A stretch of DNA of 64,000 nt from Geosiphon pyriformis uo1 (taxonomy: Eukaryota > Fungi > Glomeromycota). Numbering within the stretch: position 1 is the first letter of the stretch; each line of letters begins with the position of its first letter. Positions 50,201 to 64,000 of the stretch are shown one piece after another. The notes under the pieces are model-generated. The model ran no database searches and was not told the DNA's origin. It saw only the letters and a list, made by a program, of their open reading frames with translations. Position numbers and translations under genes: made by a program. The stretch lies in assembly GCA_016748015.1 (NCBI GenBank), contig JAAOMT010000620.1, positions 675,684-739,683 on the forward strand, written 5' to 3'.

Positions 50201-52049
50201 AAACCACCACTTCTGCAACAGTCTCACCACTAGTGACCACACCTGAACTCTCACTTATCACTATATCCACCTCTTGATTCTGTAATGAAGAAGTTACCAA
50301 TAGCTGATGTCCAGGGCTAATCTGGGAAACTGTTGGCTCAGGTGTGTCCAACTTTTTAGCCAACATGTTAACATGCTCTGCGAGGCTGGTGAGATTGCAC
50401 TTAAGAGCAGCAAACTTATCATTTAATTCCAAAGACACAGGTGGGGTAGGCTTTATCTCTGAAGAGAAGCCAGCTTTCAACAAAATATTCTGAACAGGAG
50501 AAGGAGAGAAAAAAAACCCACCAGTAATTTGTGCCCATAAGACACCACCAAAAAAAACAGGATGAGCAACTGGAGCCAAGCATTTGGTATATATGGTAGC
50601 CAACCTACTTTTATCTGAGTCTAAGAGAGTTTTCCATAATAAAGCATTAGAAGAAACATTTTTTTTCCCACCAGCAGGACAAGCTAATGATATATGGCCC
50701 AATTTCCCATACCCAGCACACTTGGCTGAAACAAGACAAGACCAGCACAGATTGGTCTCTTTTAGAACAGGTGTGGTCTCTATAATAGCATCCAGTTATT
50801 CAACAAAATCAAAACAAACAGTAGCACATCTGGCCTGGGCATAAAAAACCAGGTGATGGTCAATTACACAAGTTTTCCCACCCATTGAAGCAACATAATT
50901 CCAAATATCATGTGCATTGGTTCCCATTGGCAAAGTGTACAAAAAGGCTTGTAAACATTTTGTGCATCTTATGATTCTTTGTCCATATCAGATTTAATAA
51001 TACATACTGCATCTTTCTCAATCAAAATAGACTATTTTGCCAAGACCAAATTAGCATGATCAACTTGTTCAAATTCAACTACTATTTTTTGTCACAGCCT
51101 TACCAACTGCATCTTGATCGGCTTAATTATTCTATAATCTGATAGTACAGCACATACAGTCTCAGCTAATATATCTTTTTCATGACCACAGTTTGATCTG
51201 ATTGCCCAGTAGACTTTTTAAGATTAGTATTTACTATGATCTTCACACCAGTAGCCTTTTCAATGGCTTTTATCAAACCCAATTCAGAAGTAAATGCCAC
51301 TCGGATGATTCCAGAAAATTTTGAGGAAGTAAAGGCTCTCCAAAACCATTGATTCCTGAAAATAATTTTCTGACCATTGAAAGTTTATCCTGAGAAGATT
51401 TTCCAGCCATTTTATCTAGCTTAATGTCCAAGGCAAAAGATTTCTGTACAGAAACATTAACCAAATTTTTCAGAAAAAAGGAAAGTTTTAAAGGACCATC
51501 TAACAGAACATCATCTATATTATCATAACTTGTGAAATTTATTTTTCCTAATGGCTTGCCTAATGCTTTTTTAGTCTTGATACCCAGTCCTTTAAGTGTT
51601 TGATTAGGATCCCTATTAGCGAAAATATTACTTTTACCATAGTCAAAGCTGGTTTCTTCAATCAAACATTTTTTCTTTATGTCAACACTATTAGACTCAA
51701 TGATGTCACCAGTCTCAAATTTCCATGAATGGCCACTTGACTTCTTACTATGTCTACCTTTGTTACCAACATTTTCTTCCAAAGCATTACTCTTTCTTTA
51801 TTTTCTTGGCAAAACAGGTTTAAAACCTCCACCAAAGCCAAAATCTTTAACAATCTTTTTCATGACAGCAATACTGGGGCCAACCATGGCCTCAAAATCA
51901 AAAAAAGGTTTGAATTTATCATACTAAATTGTAAAAAACTTCTTTCTGAAAAAACTTTTAACTTTTTTTGGGAATTTAAAACGAAGAAAAGAAAGAAGTT
52001 TTTTTGTCTTAATATAAGCCATATTATTGTTTTAGTTTATTACTTATTA

Positions 52050-52730
52050 TTTTATTAAATTATTAAATATTATTAATAATTTAATTTATATAATATAAAA
52101 ATATAACTAATTATAATAATCAAATTATATAATATTTTAAACTATATAATATTTAAAAATTTGCTAAAATATTTAATAATTTACCAAAATATTTAATAAT
52201 TTATAAAAATAATTTGTAATTTACTAAAATATATCTTTAATTTACTAAAATAATAATAAAGAAAAAAGTACAAAATTATAGAATAATATTACAACAAGTT
52301 GTATAAATCAATTAGCTAATACAAATTAATAAAATAAATTTTACTTTAAAAACTAAAATTTTTTTATAATTATTACTGTTTTAAAATTTAAAATATTAAT
52401 TAATATTTTGAAATTGATTAGTTACTAATTTTAATAATTACTTAATTAATTTTAGATTTGAATTAAAAATTTTATTTTTATATATTTTTTTATTTAAATT
52501 TTAAATTTTTTTTTATATTATTAAATAGTTTACAGTTAAAATTTTCCATAAAAAAGTTGATTTTTACAACAAAATAACTATATTAAATAATTAGTATAAA
52601 TTCAATAGCAATAATGATCTAAAATATAAAAAGATATTTAAAAAATAAATTAACTTATTAAAAGTTTATTAACTTTTATTAATAACAAATTTAACAGAAA
52701 AATAATATTAATAACCAAATTTTTTATTAT
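52050..52730. mobile_element. Highly eroded LTR of family C (inverted relative to 1254-2245)
   Basis: Reverse-complement blocks match, e.g. aaaatatatctttaatttactaaaat, tacaacaagttgtataaa and ttttgaaattgattagttactaattt. Boundaries are approximate. Confidence 0.65.
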
Positions 52731-53229
52731 TAAACATAACAAATACATTGTTTAAGTTATTTATTTATTTTTAATTAATATTTAATATTTGTAATTAGTT
52801 TAATATAAAAAAATTAAACAAAAATTACAAAAAAATTCAAGATTTTAATTTTATTAAATAATTTATAATATTAATAAATATAATATTTAATTTATAAAAT
52901 AAATATTAAATTTTCAAATATTAAAAATAATTTTTTTTTTTTTTTAAAAAACATTAAAAAACATTTATTTATTTAAAATTTATTACAATTTACAAAGAAT
53001 ATAAAATTTTAATTCTTAATATTTATTTTTCTAAAAAGTAATAAAGTTTAACATTATTTTTTATAACTTTAACAATCATTTTGTTATTTTATTTATTGTT
53101 TAGATATTAAAATTATACATAATAATATTTTTTAAAAAAAGTTATTACAAATAGTTTTAAATTTTATAGAAGTTATTAAATATTTATTTTTAAAATTAAT
53201 TAATATTTTTTTTATTAAAAACTATCTTA

Positions 53230-53972
53230 AATTAACATAAATTAATTAAAACAATATTAATAAAAATAATTTAAATAGCTTATAATAAAATATATTAACA
53301 TATTTATTTAAAATAATAATAATTTAAAAAAAACCCAATTTAATTTTTGTATAATTAACAAAAATTTACTAATAATAGCTAATTATACTTAATATTTAAT
53401 TTTTTTAATATAATAACTGATTTATTTTGATGTTTTTTACTTTTTTGATAAGTAATCAAATATTTAATAAGATAATTTTATGATTATTTTTGTATTTTTT
53501 ATCAAACAATTTTTGACTTTATAATTTTAATGTTTTTTTTAATTAATTAGTAAAACAATAAAACAAAATAAAACAAAACAAAAATAAATAAATAAATAAA
53601 ATAATAAAATAGAAAATTAGTATTTGATTAATAGTTATGATTAAGAATTATTGTTTTAATATTAATTAATAATAAATAATTTTAACAAAATAAATATTAA
53701 TTCATAAAATTTTAATGATAAATAATTAGTTTGTAATTTTTATTTAAAAAACATTTTATTTTAAGTATTAAATTTTTAACTATTAAAGTTATTTAATAAA
53801 AATTTAATTATTTTTTTGCTTTTATTATTATTATTATATATATATAAATTTTTATAATACAAATTTTTAAATTCTTAATAATTTTTATATTTTTTTTGAA
53901 TTTCTAATATATAATTAATTAATTTATATTATATTTAATTATTAATTGTTTTATATTATTCTATAAGTAATA
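53230..53972. mobile_element. Highly eroded solo LTR of family A
   Basis: Blocks aattagtaaaacaa, ttaatagttatgattaagaattattgttt and terminal tataagtaata match the family A LTR after C>T/G>A changes. Confidence 0.65.
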
Positions 53973-54792
53973 TTAATTACTAGTTTATTAAAAAAAGAAC
54001 AACAAATATTAAACAATAGACATATTTAATTTTTAATAAATTTATAGACTTTATTAATAGTTTTAATAAAAAAATAACAAATTTTAATTTTATGTAAATA
54101 ATTATCAATTTAATAAAAAATGTTTATTTATTAAATAATAATTTATTAGATAAATAAAATACTGTTTTTTAATATTTTAAGTTGTTTTTTGTTAAAATGA
54201 CTTTTTTAGTCATTTAAATAACAAAAAAAATCAATAAAAAAAAATAATAGTTTGGCTACTAATTTATTGTTAAAAACTTTAAAAGAATTTTAGATAAAAA
54301 AAAACTTACATTCAAAACCCAAAAAAGTGTTTTTTTAAAAACTATAGAAAAAATGGTGGTTGCTTGTTTTTACTCTTTTTTATATATATAATTTTTTTAT
54401 AAACTAATTTTTATTTAATAAATTAAATAATTATGTATATTTAAACATCTTTATAGTTTAATTTTAAATTTATACCCAAATTATACTTCTTTATATATTG
54501 ATAATATTGTGTACCAAATTAGCCAAAAAAATTCAAAAATAAACATTAAAAACGTGAAAATTCTTAATGGGTTGCATATTCAATTCCCAAATTACAATTA
54601 AGCTATCCTGGCTTAAGAGTGCAATTATTTATCTTAATATACAGGTTAGGATCAAAGAAATACATATTACCGTGCATATTTGTAGCTTGAAAAAACAATA
54701 GTATTATAATTAATAAGAATTTTTGACTTAATAATTCAAAAATGCCATGATTTCTGTCAAACACAGAAATAACACTTCGATGACCGTATGCT

Positions 54793-58578
<3,786 letters not shown>

Positions 58579-59689
58579 TGTGCTGATTTGGAGCAATTTT
58601 TTGGCTAAAGATTGGAATTTGATATTTTACTTTCGAGATATTTCATTATATGGAACATACTGTAACAAAACCAGATTTGTGTTACCAAAGAATTTCAGGG
58701 ATCAAAACTCGGTCATTATCATTGAAAAATTGGCATGCTAGGAATCTTTAAAAAATTGATATGCTGTAAATCTTTGTTTAAGTTTTTTATCTTAATTAAT
58801 ATTCAGGTTTTTAAATTGTTTTACTGTTAAAATAAGCAATTTTCAAGTTTTTTTGTTATGCTTTTTAAGTATTTGGTAGTATTTTTATTAGTAAAATATT
58901 TATAGTTATAAAAATTGCTTAATAATACTTTGTAAAAACATTTTTTTTAAATAAAATAGTAATTAATCAATTTTTTGTTAATTTAAAAACACTTTTTATA
59001 TTTAATTAGAAATTTTTTTTTTAAAGTTTTATTAAAAAAACTTATTCAAAAAGTCTTGGTATAATTTTTGTTTTTTTTAAAAATCTTAAATTATTTAATA
59101 AAAAACTAGTAACCAATTATTTTTTTCTTTTATTTTCTGTTTAAATAACCAAAAAAGTCAAAATAATCAAAAAACAACTTTTTTTGATTTTTATTATATA
59201 TTAATAACAACTTCTTTAAAATGCTAAAAAAATCATTTTCTGGTATTTTTAATGTTAGTTTTAATGTTTTAAAACCAGTTTTTTTCTTATAGAAAATAAA
59301 ACTTTGGTTTTTTTTGGTTTTTTTGTTAAATTTATATTTGTATTAATAATAATATTTAGTTTTATTGTAACTGTAAATAATTTTTATTTTTATTTTAAAC
59401 AATAATAATAAAAATATATTATTTAATGTGTTAATTACTGACCAATCTTTATTAATACTAAAAATTATATTTTTAATATATAATATAAAACCAATTATAT
59501 AATAAAACAAAAAAATTTATTAAATTTAAAAAAAATTATGATTTATAATATATATATTAATTTATTAACTAAATACTTTAAAAAAACAAAAACAATTTAA
59601 AAAACTTTAATTTATTATTATTAATTTATTTTAAAAAAAAATATTATCAAATATATTAAAATTTATAATATTTATTAAAAAAAGTAAAA

Positions 59690-59931
59690 GATCTTTCTCT
59701 TGTTAATCTTCTGGTCACAATAAAAGCTGGATTTTACCAAAGAAATAAATTTTTTTACTTCCTATTTTTTTTGTTTTTGCAGTTATTTCTTCTAACATAT
59801 TTTTATTCATGGTTATGAATTCAACAGGCTTATCTACTAGAGGGTCAATAGCAGATTTGGCTGGATTAGGAACTCAGTCTGGTGTCAAATCTAAGTGTTT
59901 GGTAGGTGCTTATTTGCACAGTGCTTCATAC
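59690..59931 (+). mobile_element. 5' end of another LINE (5' UTR and start of ORF1), cut by a Gypsy insertion
   Basis: A pyrimidine-rich leader is followed by a Gly/Ser-rich ORF start (MNSTGLSTRGSIADLAGLGTQSGVKSKCLVGAY...) that stops abruptly at the TGTTATGG LTR start. Confidence 0.5.
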
Positions 59932-62900
59932 TGTTATGGGTTGGAGTAACAAGCTAACAAATAGCAAAGGAGAACAAGATTATAGGGTAATGAAAATAAT
60001 TAAAGGGGAATTCAACTTTAAAGAGTGAATTGAATGAGTATGGATTCAATGTGCGAGATCAGTCTCATAAAATATCTTAGTCGCTATTTTTTTCAAAGAT
60101 AACTAGGGAATCTGAAGGTAGAGGAATAGTCCATACTGTCAACAATTGATTACCACTGGTATAATTCTATGCCTTACGTCGGTACTCTTAAAATTCAATA
60201 TTAGGTATCAACTTGTGCTTTTTAGTCACGTTTATTCAAATAATCTTCAAATGCTACAATTATATATGTTAGGAAAAGGCCAACAAGTAATCTTTTATCC
60301 TAAGATGTTCGGATACTTGAAGGTAGAAAAAGGGAAATTATTGATAAGAGAGTGATTGAAATAAAAGTTGTTATTTTTATTTATTTGATTCTTGTCTGAG
60401 AGATGATTTTCTATAGCTAAAAGATTCATTGCTTATATAGCTAATGAAAGTGGTCAATGACTAGGTCAATGATCAAGTCAATGATCAGGTTAATGGTCAG
60501 ATCAATGATCACTATCTAAAAATAGAGTGGCTAATTATATGACATCAGTGGCTAATACATGTAATAACTAATAAAAATTATGAGTTTCAACCATAACATC
60601 ATCCTCTCCAAAGAGATTGAACTCTGGTGAAATCAAGCTATTTATAGGATATTCTAATTGAAGAGTTTTGTCTAACTCAAAACTAACTAGTTTGTTGAAG
60701 TCTTTTGTGGATAGAGTATATAGTACTTGAGACAAAATAAGCTTTGTATCCAAGAGACCAAATCTTTGTATAAGAGTTTTGGCTCTTCTTATAATGGTCA
60801 AAACTCTTAAAATATCTAAACGTATAATGCCCAAAATTTCCACTTGTATCTCTGAAGTTGTTTTCTTTATTTCTTCTATGATTTCACCAAGATGACCATA
60901 GAGTTTTAGTTGTCTTCCATATGACAAGTTTTTGTCTATGGGCAAGATTTCCTTAATTGTTTTTCCAATTGTCATGGAAGGTGTAAGTATTGCTGCTGTT
61001 ATGCTTTCCAGCAAATACTTATCCATTTTGCTACCAATTTTTTCTCTTCTGGTAGTGGTTTTCTTTGGTCTAATAACAGTATGTGTTCTATTGTTATTAG
61101 TTATGATGGTTTGTTTTCCAATGGTCAGAGTAGCATTTGGATAATTTTTGATCCAGTACTCATGAAGAGTATAGAAAGCATTTTAAATGTTTTGATCTAG
61201 GAAATAATTGTTTATGTCAATTGAAGATACCTCTGTTTTGGGAATGGTGCATTTATTTATATCTGATTTTTGTTGATCATTTGGGTTGGTATTATCACAA
61301 CAGATAACCAATCAAGTCGTTTGTAATATTTCTTGAGTCGTGTACCATGAACAGGATGATTATTGAAGATTGTTTTATATTGATCTTGTAAGATATAAGA
61401 ACTATTGTTCAAAACTTTGTTGACTATAAAAGATCCTTTCCACTGGCTAGAGAATTTATCACCATAGACATTGTCTCTGTCTGAATAGTATTCTAAAACT
61501 AAGTCACTAATACTTAAGAAAAGTGTTTTATATGTTTTCTTTTTCTTAAGCTTCTCTTGGAATTGTTTTATCTTTTCAAAAGCAATTATCCGTGCTTCTA
61601 CTAATGAGTCAAGAATAGTACTAAGTCTTTTTTGCAGAGTGTCTTTGTAATTCTCTATTGTTATTTTTTTAAAGAGTATTGTTTCAATGTCAGTTTCTAT
61701 TGGTAGGGTTGCCATTCATCCATAGAATAGATAAAAGAGTTCATAACTTGTTATGTCATGATTCACAGTTCTATAAGTAAACAAAGCTGAAGGCAATACT
61801 TTGTCCCATAAGTTTGTTTCTTCACTGGTTTTGGCTAAGGTTTCACATAGTGTTCTATTGAAATGTTCTACTAGGCCATTTGTTTAGGGGTGATAAGAAG
61901 AGAAAAGTTTGTGACATATTCCCATTTTTCTGCAAAGTTCTTCAACAAGTGTACTGAGAAAAGCTCTTTCTCTGTCAGATAAAAGTTCTTTGGAACAGCC
62001 ATGGCGACAAATAATATCTTCATAAATGAAATTGGCTATTGAGACTGCTGTTTGGTCTGAAGTGGCTCTTGCTTCTACCCATTTTGTAAGATAGTCAGTA
62101 GCTGTGATAATATATCTGTTGCCATCAGGAGTTATTGTTAAAGGTCCAACAACATCTATACCAATTCTATCAAAGGGTTGACCAACAGAGATTGGATGGA
62201 TATCTTCTTTGCAATTGGGTTTTCCTCTTCTTTGGCAGATATCACAGGTTTTGATGTATTCAGCAATGTCTTTTCTCAAGGTAGGCCAATAATAACGAGC
62301 TAGAGTTTTCTGAATTGTTTTTGTTTTTTCAAAGTGTCCAGCTAATGGATCAGTATGCATATTGTGGATCACAATTTCTCTTTCTTCAAATTTGATGACT
62401 TTCTAAGAGTGGTCAAGATCTTTTCTATTTCTTTTATAAAATTGGTTCTGGCAAATCAAATAGAAATTTGATTGTTTGCACAAATGTTCTCTTTGTTGTT
62501 GTGTGTATTTCAGTGGGTATTGTCCTTTACCCAAAAATTCTATTAAGGCAAAGTAGTTGTCCAAGTCCATTATCGTGTTTGTCAAAAAAAAAGAGAAATT
62601 ACTAATAATTAAGTTGGTTTGGTTTAAGAGAGTTGTTCTGTCACTAGATGGTAAGTTTGGAAAAAGTGTTGGCGTTTTGATGATTAGCTCCTTTGCGATG
62701 TTGAATATCATAGTTGAATTCATTCAAGTGGAGTATCCAGCAAGTTATCTGTTTGTGTTCTAGCCTCTTTTTGTTGTGCAGCCAAACCAAAGCTTGGTGA
62801 TCTGTTACCACCAAAAACTTCACACCAAGAAGATACTTACTCCAGTAACTGGTGGACCATATTACTGCTAAGCATTCTTGTTTAGTGACTGAATAGTTCT

Positions 62901-63435
62901 GTTCTACTGGGAAAATGGTTCTACTGGTATAGACTATGGCATGTTCTTTGCCATCTTCATCTTTTTGGGAGAAAACAGTACCAAGTCCAAAGCCAGATAC
63001 ATCAGTGTGGAGGATAAAGGGTCGATCTAGATCAGGTTGCTTGAGGATGGGTTCTATAACCAGTTTTTTCTTTAAAGTTTCAAAGGCTTTTTGCTGATGT
63101 GTTCCCCAATAGTAATTGACATTTTTTCTGAGTAGTTGATTGAGAGGAGAGGTGATTTTGGAGAAATCCTTGACAAATTTGCGATAATAAGAGGCCAAAC
63201 CAAGAAAAGAGCATAGTTCATAAATGTTCATTGGTTGTTTGATGTTTTGGACTTTTTCAACTTTGGCTGGGTCAGAAAAAATTTTATCTTTTGTGATAAG
63301 ATGACCAAGGAACTGGGTGGATTGTCTTCCAAAAAAAGATTTGATTGGGTTGATCTTAAGGCCAACATTTCTAAGGAGGTCAAAAACCTTTTGCAAATGT
63401 TCCAGGTGTTCATTCCAGGTTTTTGAGTATACCAT
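59932..63435 (-). mobile_element. Ty3/Gypsy element family B, 3' part (RT-RH-INT-ORF3-PPT-LTR)
   Basis: LTR 59932-60598 with perfect TGTTATGG/CCATAACA termini and PPT ggagaggatga. RT/RH 62644-63435 (FLGLASYYRKFV, LHTDVSGFGLG, NYSVTKQECLAV, TDHQAL), integrase 61257-62570, ORF3 60568-~61250. Confidence 0.92.
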
Positions 63436-64000
63436 TGTTACAGGAGATTATTTCTGCTGTTGAAGTAAATAACAACCCGTAACTTGGTGCTCATGAAGCT
63501 ACTTCCATTGATAAGATTCTGCAAGCATTATATCTGAAGGTTTTGATGGAGTCTTTTGTATAATGGACAGAGATTCAATAGTTGTTTTATCCATAGCTTC
63601 TCAGACTTGCAAGTCTGTCAATTTTCTTCTCGGCTTGGTGGCCGGCAATCTTCTAGTAAGTAATCTGTATCTCCTGTATGTGTCCTACTCTTTCGCAGAG
63701 GTCTTTTACCAGACAATTCTTGATGTCAGTAATCAGTGCTTTTCAATCAATGAGTTAGTGCACAATAATAAAAAATTAAAATAAAGAAAAATAAGAGAAA
63801 GAAAAGAAATAAGCCAAGGTGATTTGCAGATTAATATCTCATCAATAGCCATGATCAAGAGCTATTGTTTCAGTGTGATTAAGTATCACTTATTATTAAC
63901 ATAAAATGTTGATAGTGGAAAGTGGATTGAGATATGGAATAATTATTTATTTGATGATTTTTGTTGCTAGACTAAGAATTCTGTGGTATCGATTCTGTTT
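63436..64000. mobile_element. LTR related to family A, inserted into the RT of the family B element (runs off window)
   Basis: Begins TGTTACA. Shares blocks aaataacaa..cgtaacttggtgct, tatctgaaggttttg and caatagccatgatcaagagctattgtt with family A LTRs. It interrupts RT just before MVYSKT. Confidence 0.8.

Larger units (their letters stand above)
34845..51998 (-). mobile_element. Full-length degenerate LINE (~6.7 kb without insert): ORF1 plus ORF2 (APE-RT-RNase H-CCHC), poly(A)
   Basis: ORF1 ~51887-50082 with a CCHC knuckle (CAKCAGYG..GHISLAC region). ORF2 begins with APE (WKV.TCNVRGMN) at ~50075 and has RT motifs QNMWKAYDSVGW, QGEVFSPLLW and AFVD(D>N)T (~47770), RNase H FTDGS...ELQAI..FTDSQ..KVRGHSG, and knuckle CLFCSDVKISNHVFFC. 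Poly(A) at 34845-34873. Confidence 0.9.

Noticed and set aside
34939-51887. Frequent in-frame TGA/TAA/TAG suggesting an alternative genetic code or readthrough
   Set aside because: The stops fall at Trp/Gln/Arg positions expected from C>T/G>A decay, and host genes read normally in the standard code.
52000-54500. Extremely AT-rich stretches as possible endobacterial (Mollicutes-like), mitochondrial or centromeric DNA
   Set aside because: Large parts align with LTR families A and C after reversing C>T/G>A changes, so they are best explained as eroded TEs.
60452-60512. Short direct-repeat arrays resembling CRISPR or iterons
   Set aside because: There are no unique spacers, the units are 9-12 bp, they lie inside LTRs, and the context is eukaryotic with no cas genes.

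Overview
Eukaryotic (fungal) genomic DNA. Intron-rich genes, a minor-spliceosome intron and the repeat families point to Glomeromycota/Mucoromycota; the repeat-encoded peptides resemble what I recall from Geosiphon pyriformis (inference, not searched). There are two CpG-containing gene islands. The first (~3.7-18.4 kb) holds KTI12, a Gdown1/POLR2M-like gene, a Rab escort protein, RPL25/uL23, DPH2, 14-3-3, ERV25/TMED10 and tRNA-His. The second (~54.8-58.6 kb) holds U2SURP/SR140. The rest is nested, CpG-depleted retrotransposon DNA: RNase H-bearing LINEs, ORF1-only 'half-LINEs' sharing the LINE 3' hairpin, and at least three Ty3/Gypsy LTR families with 4-bp TSDs. One 10.4-kb Gypsy element carries a dUTPase, a Cys-rich insert and an extra ORF after integrase. 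The highlights are a fungal homolog of the supposedly metazoan-specific Pol II subunit Gdown1, an AT-AC (U12) intron in KTI12, a conserved unknown ORF3 in two Gypsy families, ORF1-only non-autonomous LINEs, and strongly transition-biased (RIP-like) erosion of repeats. All coordinates and alignments were done by eye.
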